In this document: piece after piece, positions 1 to 12,294 of the stretch
Numbering within the stretch: position 1 is the stretch's first letter
Layout: every line of letters begins with the position of its first letter
From: Octopus vulgaris
Taxonomy: Eukaryota
NCBI GenBank assembly: GCA_951406725.2
Contig: OX597816.1
Location: 73,842,001-73,906,000, forward strand
Reading direction: 5' to 3'
Length of the DNA: 64,000 nucleotides
Notes under the pieces: generated by a model
Told to the model about the DNA's origin: nothing
Seen by the model: the letters and a program-made list of their open reading frames with translations, nothing else
Databases searched by the model: none
Program-made: the position numbers and the translations under genes

Positions 1-112
1 AATTTAGTACCAGTTGCGTACTAGGGTCAATCTAATCAACTGGTCCCCTCCCGCAAAATTTCAGTCTTTGTGACTATAATAGAAAAGATTATTATTTATT
101 TTTTTTTTTTAA

Positions 113-324
113 GGCAATGAGCCGGTAGAATTGTTAGCATGCCGGGTGAAATGCTTAACAGTATTCTGTCTGTTTTTATGTTCTGAGTTCAAATTCCACT
201 GAGGTTGACTTTGCCTTTCCTCTTTTCAGGGTCAATAGATTAAGTACCAGTGAAACACTGGAGTCAAAGTAATTGACTTAGCCCATCCTCCCAAATTTCA
301 GACCTTGTGCCTATAGTAGAAAGG

Positions 325-330
<6 letters not shown>
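113..330 (+). mobile_element. High-copy SINE (a cleaner copy lies on the minus strand at ~10425-10592)
   Basis: Recurrent motif ttctgagttcaaattcc..gaggtcgactttgcctttcatcc..aagtaccag is seen repeatedly in the window (also ~22210-22415, 35690-35815, 56290-56475). Confidence 0.7.
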
Positions 331-373
<43 letters not shown>

Positions 374-375
<2 letters not shown>

Positions 376-680
376 TAGTTTTATTTTGATAACGTGCTTT
401 TACTTCACTACTGAGCGCAGCTCTAGGTGCCTTGGGTATGTGCTGTGGTTTGCTGTGATGCTCTTATTTTTACTGTATTGAAAGTGCTTTACATAGGATG
501 TGTGCAATTTTCTGTATGTTATATATATTTGTTAGTCCTGGTGTTTTTGTTATGTATTTGTCTGAATGTTTTTTTATCATACCTAATGCACCTACTATGA
601 TAGGAATTGTTTCTGTTTTTAGATTCCACATTTGAGTTACCTCTATTTCCAGGTCTTTGTATTTTGAAAGTTTTATTATT

Positions 681-685
<5 letters not shown>
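374..685 (-). mobile_element. 5'-truncated R4/Dong-clade non-LTR retrotransposon 3' end inserted in (TAA)n
   Basis: KLSKYKDLEIEVTQMWNLKTETIPIIVGALG is the RLE C-terminus typical of R4/Dong elements. AATAAA lies near the 3' end, and (ATT)n flanks both sides. Confidence 0.75.
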
Positions 686-763
<78 letters not shown>

Positions 764-1371
764 ACCTTATAATGAGGCTGTAAGATTTGAAATTATTTAA
801 TGTGTGCTGGTTTACCAACAGGGGAGTAGTGGGAGGCTGATTAATTTTTAATGAGGTTCAATAATTGATGATCTTAGATGATTAATTAACTAATTCTTTT
901 GTAATGATGATAATGACCAAAGTTGAAGTGTGGTCAGCAATAAGTACAACTTCCATGGATGGACACAGGAATGGTCAAATGGGTAAGGAGTTTGGTTCCC
1001 ATCCATAATGTCTTGGGTTTGGTCTCAGAACATGGCAGTGTCTTATGGAAAGGGGTCTATTACCATGGGTCAGGGTTGACCTCAAATATAGGGAGTGAAG
1101 TTTGATAGATGGGAGCTACATAGAAACCCATCTTGGACAGATACCCATAGAATGACTCTCACAGATGGCTCCCACAGAATGATTCCCACAGAATAATTCC
1201 CACAAAACAACTGCCAACAAATTGAATAGTTTCTACAAAACAACTCCCACACTGAATGTCCCCTAAACAATATACACACCCTCACCAATATGGCACCTCT
1301 ACAGCCTAATCCCAGCTCCTTCCCCCCACCCAACTTCCTACCCACAAAGAAAGAAGAATGTAATCACTTAC

Positions 1372-1459
1372 TTCCCCCTGGCAGCATTAATCCAGCCGAC
1401 AGCAGCAAGTTTCCGCTCATCGATCGTGAGTGCCATACCTTCTCCAGTCGTTCCATTCA
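1372..1459 (-). CDS. NPL: N-acetylneuraminate lyase exon (VNGTTGEGMALTIDERKLAAVGWINAARGK)
   Basis: TAG acceptor and GTAAGT donor, 88 nt. Contains the GTTGE signature of the NAL/DHDPS family. The gene continues beyond the left edge of the window. Confidence 0.92.
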
Positions 1460-2480
1460 CTACAACATTTAGAAAAAAAGATGGGGTGAGAAAGAGCTGC
1501 AAATTTAAACATCTACAGTATTGATGAGTTAAATGAAGGACCCTCTATGATAACTAGAAATGACAGTCTATTCAGCTTCAAATGGCACTGCATCATCTTA
1601 AAAAATTAAGGACACTTTGAACACTAAAGTCTTACATATACAAGAAGATGTGATGGTCGTGGCTGGAATACTTTTGATCAGAGATCCACTTTGTCAAGAG
1701 TAACTTAGTGTTAACAATTACTGAATTGATGACAAATTATCTTCATCGATGGCATATAAGAATTAAATGAATAGAATAAAATATAAATTTATTATCATCA
1801 TCACTACCATGATCATCATCGTTGTTGTTGCTGCCATCATCATCATTTAGCATCCTTGTTCCACACTGGCATGGATTGGTCAGTTTGATAATCTCCAACA
1901 TGGTGGAGGAATGCATCAAACTTCAATGTCTGCTTTGCCATGGTTTCTATGGCTGGAAACCCTTCCCAGCACCAACCACCTGACAGGGTGGACTGGGTGC
2001 TTTTATTGTGACACCAGCATTAGTGAGGTCACCATGTAACACGAAAGAAAAGGAAAGGAAAGAGAGTAGAGAGGGGTGTGACTTTATACCAGGTGTTGAG
2101 AGGCAAAATTCTGTTAGAGGAACAGGAACAGGTGTCTTGTTGTAGAAGAGATACAGTGCTACCTTGAATAATGGAAATTGATAAAGTAAAAATTAAAATA
2201 ATTAAATTAATATAAACACTTGAAGTAGTCATTGGTTAAATTTCTGCTGTGTATATAGCATTTATGATGTCTACAAATGTGGAATGGCCCAGGCTGAAAT
2301 ATTTTATCTCAGAGAAATTTCTCAAAGAGAACAGTATGTTAGAAGGGCTTTGCTCAGAATGCTGTCAGATGGCCAACATGGTGTTTTGAGATGATTCTCT
2401 CTCCTCGGTTGATAGTGGCAGGCAGATACAAAGACATACATATACACACATAGATATGTATATACACTTTATTTGTGCAT

Positions 2481-2653
2481 TGACAAGGCAACCAATGGTT
2501 TCATGTGAAGTGATTTTTACAATTGTTCAAGTGTGCCACATGGAAGTGTTGGTATTTGACTCTGTCCAAAAATGGAGTACCAACATTTTCCATGTGGCAC
2601 ATTTGAACAATTGCAAAGATTTCTTCACATGAAACCATTAGTTGCCTTGTTAA
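2481..2653. repeat. Fold-back (~75-bp arms) carrying the 3' half of an HHR-like motif
   Basis: tgacaaggcaaccaatggtttcatgtgaag... pairs with ...cttcacatgaaaccattagttgccttgtta. GAAA-CCATTGG-TT is present; the 5' core is absent. Confidence 0.75.
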
Positions 2654-2727
2654 ACCCCAAATAAAGAATATTTATCCACCAATGTAGTGCTGAGCATGCA
2701 TTCTCACTGTTTGATATTAGTGCACAT

Positions 2728-2797
<70 letters not shown>

Positions 2798-3129
2798 GTG
2801 TATGATGGGATTCCATACAGCTTCTATCTACCAAATTCCCTCACAAGGTAATGGTCACCCTGGGGTTATAGTAGAAAACCGGGAATACAAAATCATACAA
2901 ATTGAGATGTTTAACCACGCAGCCACACCATCTTGGCCTCTTCGAATAGACTCATGATCAAAGATATTCATGACAGTTTATATTTTGAGGTGGAGCAGGG
3001 GATAATTTATCTAGGAGTACATTAACTATCATGTCTTTTTATAAAATAATAGCATGTTTTCAAAAGGAGATTTGGCTGTTATTTCTTGTAGGTCAAGTGA
3101 TTAGGTAAAGGGTGCCTCATTAGCTGGAG

Positions 3130-4027
3130 TAATTGGCTGGTCATTTGTTTTACATGTGGAGACATGACAAGGGACTTGCAGAAATTTCCTTGTGGACTGA
3201 TCTGCTAAGAGTGAAAGCTAATAGACCCCAGCCATCACCACCACCAAAGAGCATCAGAGCCCTAAAGGAAGGTGACAAAGCTCCCAAGGTGAATGCAATA
3301 TCAGGGCACCCATTTTCTATTTCACATTCAGCCTCAGACTGGGAGATGCAAATGGACCTGAAGGGCAGACTTGTTTTCTCAGAGGAGATGCTATGTTCCT
3401 ATACAAACAACCATTGTGGTCAAACTCCCACAGTGCCCTAGTAGGACATACTTGATATTTCCCACCTGGAAAAGAAAGCCAAATATCAGGGCTTAGACAA
3501 TGAGGCTCTTGGCAAGGGATGGCATGCAGCCTCATTCTCCATCAACGTCATCTGTTGTGGATTTCATGCTAGATCAATGCATTATTTCCTGCAGAAGATA
3601 GGTCTGGAAGCCCCTACGTCTTCATCCAGAGGTCTCGGCAGTAGCTGCTTGATCTGCATGCTTCCTATCTAGCTGCTCTTTATGAGCAGCATTCCCATGC
3701 TCATCGGCAACAACAGGATGCTTATGGCGTATGTGCTGCGAACGACCTGCAGCCATCAATAAAGCCATCAAGGAAACAGACATGGCAGCTGAAACTAGTT
3801 CAAGGTGGCTGTGATTGATAGGAGACCACAAGTGGAACCTTTGCACAGGTGAAAACTAATTTAGTCTGCACTGCCTGACTCAGGTAAAAATGTACAGGTA
3901 AGAGGTGAAGTTGTTGTGACCCTGAGATACCTGTTGATGATACGGAAGGGTTTCCAGCATTGTAAAGAACATACAAGACCTCTGAATAACCCCTACAGAT
4001 TCTGCAAGGAGGCAAACCATCTCTGAT
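3130..4027 (+). mobile_element. Decayed, rearranged Hero/NeSL-like (RLE) non-LTR retrotransposon 3' region
   Basis: Motifs WRHDKGL, DWEMQMDLKGRLVF, an inverted PDIWL segment, and AINKAIKETDMAAETSSRWL. Confidence 0.55.
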
Positions 4028-4487
4028 GTATATTTCACCTATTTGTGAAGGCACGTGGCCTAGTGGCTTGGCATGTTGCATTCACAAGTGTGAGATTGTG
4101 GTTTCAATTCCTAGACTAGTTGTGCATTGTGTTCTAACACAAAACACTTCATTTCACATTGCACCAGTCCACTCAGCTGTCAATAGCCTTCTGGTCATGG
4201 GAAATGTTGGCCTGCTCACCTAGCCAGTGGTGTGGCATCATTTGAAAGCTAAAACAATACAAAGAGCATTATGACCAGCGATGTATAACATCTAATAGTC
4301 TGGTCATTCATGTGATAATGTGATTTCACCAATCTATTACACCTGATGGATAAGTAATTGTTATTTGTACATAAACATGTGTATATACATGTCTAGGCTG
4401 ATGTAGGTATATGTGAGAATGTGATGTGCTGTGTATGTGTGGGCGTGTGTGTGTGTGTGTGTGTGTTCAAAAGGGATGATGACTTAC

Positions 4488-4558
4488 CAAAGATATTGTC
4501 GACCTGACTACGGACCAGGAAATCTATATAGATATCAAAGCTGGAAAAGTCAATATCA
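4488..4558 (-). CDS. NPL: N-acetylneuraminate lyase exon (DIDFSSFDIYIDFLVRSQVDNIF)
   Basis: Long polypyrimidine+GCAG acceptor and GTAAGT donor, 71 nt. Phase 2 in and phase 1 out fit both neighbours. Resembles vertebrate NPL [24 protein letters not shown]. Confidence 0.9.
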
Positions 4559-4726
4559 CTGCAAAAAAAGAAAAAAGAAGAAAAAGTATTTAGTTATTTT
4601 ACAATAAAACAGTTTACTGTTTACCCAACAAGTGTAGCTGTGTGGTTGACAAGTTTCTTTCCCAACCACATGGTTTTGGGTTCAGTTCCACTACATGGCA
4701 ACATGGGCAAGAGTCTTCTGCCATGA

Positions 4727-5591
4727 GGTCTGATCAATAAGTATCCAGACTGTTGCTATAGTAACGAAGCTAAAGCACGCAGAGTGAAGCTGCTTGGCAA
4801 TGATTGACCTTGAACTCTGCTGTGCATGCAAATTAAGTTTTAACATTCTAGCTCACTTCTGCTTTTTACAGCAGTGCTTGGAAGGAAGGTGTGTAGCATG
4901 TGATCAATGCATTGACCATGACAGAGAAAGTTGTCATGGTGATACCTGTTCAGAGACCTATGCAAAGTTGCAGAAAATATATATGGAGAGGTGTGTATGA
5001 GCCACACAGAAGTGTACGAGTGGCTCAGATGCTTTCAAGATGGTTGAAAAAATGTCAATAGTGATGAACATTCTGGGAGACCTGCAACCTGCAGAACTGA
5101 GAAAACATCACAGATGTACATGCAGTTATGAGGGGAAATCATTGAATTACCATCTGTGAGTTATTAGAGGATGTACAGGTTAGTTATGGTTCAGTTCAGT
5201 CCATTATCACTGAAGATTTGGGTATGAGACACGTGTCTGCCAAATTTGTGCCAAAACTGCTTTCAGCCAACCAAGAAGACACTCAGGTTTCAGTTGCACA
5301 AGATCTTGAGTGTGTCAAGAATGTTGAAAACTTTGCATAGGCCTCTGAGCAGGTATTGCCGAACTTTGCACAAAATTTGATGCAGATTCTCTGCTCAATT
5401 TTCTCTGTCATGGCCAATGCAGCAATCACATGCTGCACACCTTCCTTCCAAGCACTGCTGTAAACAGGGAAAGTGAGATAGAACATTAAAACTTAGTGTG
5501 CATGCACAGCAGAGTTCAAGGTCAATCTGTGCCAAGCGACTTCACTCTGCATGTTACTATGGCAACAGTCTGGATACTTACTGATCAGACC
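4727..5591. mobile_element. Mariner-derived non-autonomous element with long (~250 bp) inverted termini, nested in a SINE
   Basis: TIR ggtctgatcaataagtatccagactgttgc / gcaacagtctggatacttactgatcagacc. Transposase remnants MTEKIEQRICIKFC and VYEW..F.DG..SGRP. Partial copies at 25335-25720 and 27230-27412. Confidence 0.85.
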
Positions 5592-6172
5592 ACATATAAC
5601 CACAGGCCAACTAAAGTCATTTTCCATGCTGACATGGATGGACAGTCTGACAGCTTCATAGTCTGCTTTTGATATGGTTTCTTAAGGATGGATGCTTTTC
5701 ATAACGGCAACCACTTTGCAGAGTGTTCTGGGTGCTTTTTAAGTGGAACCAGCACTGGTGGGGTCTCCAAGTAACTTGCAAGACAAAGTCCCATCAAATG
5801 GGGAGGGGGAGTAGTATTGAGTGGGGTGGCTCTGTGACAGTTGGTGAGCAGTTAATACATGTAAAACAGGGATAGAGAAAGGTGTGTTACAGTAGAGGGG
5901 AGACATGGATACCCCAGTTGGAAAAGAAAGAAGAGAGAGTGAGAGAGAAACAGAAAGACAAGGATAGATGGTGGTGGAGATGTGTCAGGACACAGCCAAT
6001 ATGTGTGCATGCATGTGTGTGCATATACATTTGTGTGTGTGTATGTGGGTGTATTTTTATTAAAAAAGAGGATAAGACCAATATTTAACAAAACAATCAT
6101 ATCATGTGGCCAGCATGAAATAAGAACCTTAGAGATAATATTTAATACAGATATATAATTATATAAGCACAA

Positions 6173-6275
6173 TTGCAGCATGGAAAGTGTTTATATGTCA
6201 TTTAAAAACACACAAAAACTGTTAGATTCACTTCAACATTTAAATTTATTTGTCAAAATATTCTCATCGCTTTCG
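6173..6275 (-). mobile_element. Fragment of the same HHR-bearing family as 23563-23820, truncated within HHR helix II
   Basis: Near-identical to 23563-23665; microsatellites on both sides. Confidence 0.75.
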
Positions 6276-6289
6276 TATGTATGTATGTA

Positions 6290-6320
<31 letters not shown>

Positions 6321-6323
6321 ATG

Positions 6324-6356
<33 letters not shown>

Positions 6357-7984
6357 CAATTCTGGAGGATATATTATGAAATTATATCTTTTTTCTTTTA
6401 CTTATTTCATTCATTCAACCATTAGACTGAGGCCATGCTGGGGCACCACCTTGAAGAATTTTTAGCCGAATGTATTGACCCCAGGACTTATTTTTTAAAG
6501 CCTGGTTCTTATTCTGTCAGTCTCTTTTGCCAAACCATTATTTATAGCACGATGCAGTAAATAAACAATTTCAGAAGATATACTCCAAAATTGATTTTCA
6601 TAGGTGTACGGTGTGACCTTTATAACTGAGGGGATCCCTAACAAGGAATTTTGCCAAAAACAGCATCAGTTTTCTTCACAGAATCCTTTAAAACATAAAG
6701 GTTACATGCCAAGCACATTAGTGCGCACTTTAAATACATCTTGTATGTGTCTGCCCTAACCCTAACCCTATCTGTCTACATACATACACACACATACACA
6801 CACACACATTCATACATACATACACACACACACACACATACACACACATGCATACATACACACACACACACACGCAAACACACATATACATATGTAAACA
6901 CACACATGATCAGTTTAATCATTTGGTATAAACCTATTTCTTCACAGCGTCAGGTCAATTGTCTTTTGCTATTTTTCGCAGTATTCTTTACTCTGAATTC
7001 AAATCTCATGGCTGTCAACTACGTTTTCCATGTTTTGGGGGTTAATAATGTTATGTACCAGCTTTATAATGAGGTTGTTTCTTGCAGTCTGTCCCTGTAT
7101 CTCTCCAATTCTCTCTCTCTCTCTCTCTCTGGAAGAGAGGAGCTGTAGGAGAGGACTGAGATGGAGAGGGCGATCAGTGCTAGGTTTTAAAACAAAATGC
7201 CCAATCTCCTGTTTGGCCATAGACAAAGTGGAGTACCAGTGACAGGATGATAAACACAAGACCACTGGTCAATAAACTAACACAAATGTATAGTAATTCT
7301 ACATTTTATAACTACCAAATGCACTAGCGTAGCTAGAGTTTGTGCCGCCCAGAGCGGCCCTTCAACTTGCCACCCCCAGACCCCACAAAAAACATATACT
7401 ACCAACAGCAATAGCCTACAACATGATGGAAAGTGCTGCCCGGGGCAGACTGCCCCACCAGCCATGCTAGTAAACAAACGTACCTACACATAGTTCCTAT
7501 TTACAGCTGAGAGAACTGAGTCAGCAAGAAATTACAGTTTTGTTCATAGACACAGTGAAGCGCTGGTGAAAGGCTAATGACTCATCAGGACACTTACAGC
7601 TTGTCAATTCTTGTTACTTTAAGAGAAAATATAAAAAAAACAAAAAACCCCAATTATTATGTACTTAATCTAAATCTCTGCCATAAACCAGTCAGGGTTA
7701 TTGATCTGGGCTCTATTATAATGTGATCTTTAAACAAAGATCTTTTCACCATATCCTCGCAACAAGTTGGATTATTTCAACAAACATTTGTAAAAGGTAA
7801 TGTATCAATATTATTGGCAGCTGATCAATACGTGTTTATTGTGCTTCTGTTGATAATCATCATCGTCAATGCTTTAACGTCCACTATTTCATGCTTGCAT
7901 GGGTCAGAGGAAATTTATCGAGGCAGATTTTCTGCACCCAAATGCCCTTTCTGCTGCTGCTTGTTTGTTTGTTTGTTGAGCGAA

Positions 7985-8335
7985 GCAGTCTTCGTCCTAG
8001 TGGGAGAAGTCCGCAACATGGTCCTTTGCTATTCGAAAGACCCGCGGAAGAGAAAGTAGGTCAACCCCCGACACCGAGGGCATCGACGGATGGATGAATG
8101 AGCATCCAGGCTCAACGGTTGCGTAGGAAGTCGGGGACAAAAAACAGGAAGAAAGAGTGAGAGAAAGTTGGAGCGAAAGAGTACAACAGGGGTCGCCACC
8201 AACCCCTGCCGGAGCCTCGTGGAGCTTTAGGTGTTTTCGCTTAATAAACACACATAACGCCCGGTCTGGGAATCGAAACTGCAATCCTCCAGCCATGAGT
8301 CCGCTGCCCTAACCGTTGGGCCATTGTGCCTCCAC
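7985..8335 (-). mobile_element. tRNA-derived SINE (second copy 54520-54885)
   Basis: Minus-strand head ggaggcacaatggcccaacggttagggcagcggactc..ggtttcgattccc with A- and B-box. The two copies align over ~350 bp. Confidence 0.85.
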
Positions 8336-8489
8336 TTCTGCTGCTGCTGCGACCATTGGTTTCCAAGCACAGCAATATTTCTCCATGATCTAAGATGTTT
8401 TTACAGAAGATGGGAAATATAGGACATGGAATGTATGCGAGTGATGCTTGGTAACAACTATGGCATGATGCTGAGGCAAAGAGATGGTA

Positions 8490-8785
8490 ACACACACAAG
8501 CGTGTGCACACATACACACACATGCACACACACATGCACACACATACACAGACAAATACACACATACAGATGCACACACACACAGACGCACACAGATATA
8601 CACACACAAATACACACAGATGCGCACAAACATGCATACACATGTGCACACATACACACACACATACACACATATGCATACATGCACAAACACATGCACA
8701 CACATACATACACACAAATACACACATGCACACACATGCGCACATACATGCACACACACGCACACACACACACACACACACACAG
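8490..8785. repeat. Degenerate (CA)n microsatellite (representative; similar at 28690-29200, 33400-33730, 55360-55650)
   Basis: Direct inspection. These tracts are the source of the low-complexity ORFs. Confidence 0.95.
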
Positions 8786-9708
8786 AGTCTTTTATTAAGA
8801 CTGAAGCTGAGAGTTTGTCTTGTGACTCAAGCTTCACACCACTGCAATCATTAAGCAAAAATTCCCTCTCATTCTCTCTCTTTCTTTCATTATCTTTCTG
8901 CATGTAAAGTCATCTCTACCCTGCTAACCCACCCAGTCCAAACCTCTGTATCACCCCACTTATTTGTCACCCCCGACCAATGTCCCCTAAGATCATGTCC
9001 TGACACATCTTTACCTCCATCTCTCCCACTATTGCTGACCTGCCCCCACTCTCTTTATCTTAGTCGTCCCCTTTCGCAACTGGAGGATCTATGTATCTAC
9101 CCAACAGCAAGACATCTACTCCTGTCCCCTTATCACCCTAATATCTCATCAACTGGCACAAAGCCACCACCCCACTCATTACTACTCTCTCCTCCCAGCT
9201 AAGAGGAGTTTTTGGCCTTGCAAATTACTTGGCAACCCTGCTGGTGCTGGTGACACATAAAAAGCATCACTTCTGGTGCCACGTAAAAAACAACCAGTCC
9301 ACTCTGCAAAGTGGCTGACATTAGAAAGAGCATTCAGCTGTAGAAACCATGCCAAAATTGAAAAATGAAGCCCAGTGTATAGCCTCTGATCTTATCAGCT
9401 CCTGTCAAACCATGGAATCCACACCAGCATGAAAAATGAGCATTAAATGATGATAATGATGATGATGATATAAATGTATATGTGTGTGTGTGTATGTATA
9501 TGTATGTGTTGTGAATTTCTCAAAATACGAAGTAGGAGAACAGCCAACAACTGATGAAGGGTTGCTTTATTATGTTGCTTGTCTTGTTTTCCATTTGTTT
9601 CTTTTGTTGTTCACAAAAAAAGTTTGTATTCCATGTTTTTGTTTTCCGTATTTCATGTTCTTTTCATAATTCTTGTTGTGTTCTGTGATGTCCTGTGCCC
9701 AAATATGC

Positions 9709-9753
<45 letters not shown>

Positions 9754-9782
9754 CATGCATATATATTTTAAATTATTTATAC

Positions 9783-9829
<47 letters not shown>

Positions 9830-10209
9830 TGTGGTCAATGCCAGTGCCTCCTGACTGGTCCTGTGCTGGTGGCACATAAAAAGCACTATTCGAGTGTGGT
9901 CATTGCCAGTGCCACCCAACTGGCCCCCATGCCAGTGGCATGAAAAAAGCACCCACTACACTCTCAAAGTGGTTGGTGTTAGGATGGGTACCCAGCTGTC
10001 GAAACCTTGCCAGATCAGACTGGAGCCTGGTGCAGCCTTGTCGCTTGCCTGTCCCCAGTCAAACCGTCCAACCCATGCCAGTATGGAAAGTGGATGTTAA
10101 ACAATGATTATGATATACATATACATTGTGTGGAAACAACTGTAGTGATTAAGAAATAACTGTCCAACCATACTGCTTGTTGACTCCAATTTCTTCAATT
10201 ATATATTTG

Positions 10210-10241
<32 letters not shown>

Positions 10242-10816
10242 CATATATATAAATATATATCAAGAAGGCAATGACAAATGACTGCGACCTTTGGCATTAT
10301 GCTGTGCTTGAGAAGAAGACCCATCAAGCCAAGTGAAACTGCAGTTGGGGAAGATACTTATTTCTTTACTACCTACAAGGGGCTAAACATAGAGGGGACA
10401 AACAAGGACAGACAAACGAATTAAGTTGATTATATAGACCCCAGTGCGTAACTGGTACTTAATTTATTGACCCCGAAAGGATGAAAGGCAAAGTCGACCT
10501 CGGCGGAATTTGAACTCAGAACGTAACGGCAGACAAAATACGGCTAGGCATTTCGCCCGGCGTGCTAACGTTTCTGCCAGCTCGCCGCCTTTGGGAAGAT
10601 ACTGGTGTCATGCAAATGGCACCCATGCTGGTGGCACATAAATGCATTCACTACACTCTCAGAGTGGTTGGCATTAGGGAGGACATCCAGCTGTAAAAAC
10701 CATGCCTTCCAACTTGCTGGCTCTGGTTAAACCGTCCAACCCATGCCAGTATAGACCAGATACGTTAAATAATGATGATTTTGATATACACACATATGTT
10801 CATACATACATACATC

Positions 10817-10851
<35 letters not shown>

Positions 10852-11052
10852 GCAATAATAATTCTCTAAATGAGATATAGACAGTGACTGCTCCATAACA
10901 TAAGGGACATTAGCCAACTGAATATGGCTAGGGACAGGGCAGGGTGGTGGGGGTGTCACTGTTGCATTTAGCACCAGGCGAACATCAACGTCACCAGATA
11001 GGCCGACGCCATCACGGCGTCCTCTATCTTGCAAAGGGAGATCATTCCCCAA

Positions 11053-11125
11053 GAAGCGGATGCCACATACGGACCTAGGTTTCAAGGTGTATTGCCTATT
11101 ATCAACGTATGGTAGGCACCGCTTC
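11053..11125 (-). ncRNA. Type I hammerhead ribozyme (U3:A8 variant), copy 1
   Basis: CAUACG-UUGAUAA-uAGG caauaca CCUu-GAAA-CCUAGG-UC/CGUAUG. Helix I is extended by UGCC/GGCA and GAAGCGG/CCGCUUC. Confidence 0.85.
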
Positions 11126-11407
11126 TCGACGAACAACTCACCGTGCAAGATATATATAAAGATTTTCAAGTAAATACATTTACTGATTTCGAAAATCTGT
11201 TCGACAGCAATAATAATTCTCTAAATGAGATATAGACAGTGACTGCTCCATAACATAAGGGACATTAGCCAACTGAATATGGCTAGGGACAGGGCAGGGT
11301 GGTGGGGGTGTCACTGTTGCATTTAGCCCCAGGCGAACATCAACGTCACCAGATAGGCCGACGCCATCACGGCGTCCTCTATCTTGCAAAGGGAGATCAT
11401 TCCCCAA

Positions 11408-11480
11408 GAAGCGGATGCCACATACGGACCTAGGTTTCAAGGTGTATTGCCTATTATCAACGTATGGTAGGCACCGCTTC
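11408..11480 (-). ncRNA. Type I hammerhead ribozyme, copy 2
   Basis: Identical to copy 1, offset by 355 bp. Confidence 0.85.
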
Positions 11481-12014
11481 TCGACGAACAACTCACCGTG
11501 CAAGATATATATAAAAATTTTCAAGTAAATACATTTACAGATTTCGAAAATCTGTTCGACAGCAATAATAATTCTCTAAATGAGATATAGACAGTGACTG
11601 CTCCATAACATAAGGGACATTAGCCAACTGAATATGGCTAGGGACAGGGCAGGGTGATGGGGGTATCACTGTTGCATTTAGCCCCAGGCAAACATCAACG
11701 TCACCAGATAGGCCGACGCCATCACGGCGTCCTCTATCTTGCAAAGGGAGATCATTGATAGAGGACGCCGTGATGGCGTCGGCCTATCTGGTGACGTTGA
11801 TGTTCGCCTGGGGCTAAATGCAACAGTGACACCCCCACCACCCTGCCCTGTCCCTAGCCATATTCAGTTGGCTAATGTCCCTTATGTTATGGAGCAGTCA
11901 CTGTCTATATCTCATTTAGAGAATTATTATTGCTGTCGAACAGATTTTCGAAATCAGTAAATGTATTTACTTGAAAATCTTTATATATATCTTGCACGGT
12001 GAGTTGTTCGTCGA

Positions 12015-12087
12015 GAAGCGGTGCCTACCATACGTTGATAATAGGCAATACACCTTGAAACCTAGGTCCGTATGTGGCATCCGCTTC
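12015..12087 (+). ncRNA. Type I hammerhead ribozyme, copy 3 (predicted cleavage after C12068)
   Basis: Helix I 12029-34/12069-74, core TTGATAA 12035-41, GAAA 12057-60, palindromic ACCTAGGT helix III, GUC triplet. Confidence 0.85.
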
Positions 12088-12242
12088 TTGGGGAATGATC
12101 TCCCTTTGCAAGATAGAGGACGCCGTGATTTGCGTCGGCCTATCTGGTGACGTTGATGTTCGCCTGGGGCTAAATGCAACAGTGACACCCCCACCACCCT
12201 GCCCTGTCCCTAGCCATATTCAGTTGGCTAATGTCCCTTATG

Positions 12243-12281
<39 letters not shown>

Positions 12282-12294
12282 GACACATATAAAT

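Larger units (their letters stand above)
10851..12246. mobile_element. Retrozyme-like array of a 355-bp unit: ~2.55 units on minus (10851-11756) joined head-to-head to ~1.38 units on plus (11757-12246), inside (TA)n
   Basis: Unit starts at 10851, 11206 and 11561 (period 355). Copies are nearly identical, with one HHR per full unit and many internal helices. Confidence 0.85.

Noticed and set aside
8241-8907. Long Cys/Val or His/Thr-rich ORFs here and at similar tracts (28617-29088, 35956-36379, 55297-55742)
   Set aside because: Translations of (CA)n, (TA)n and (GATA)n microsatellites.
9510-9570. CTGATGA in a microsatellite-flanked insert as a possible HHR
   Set aside because: No downstream GAAA or consistent helices I-III could be built.
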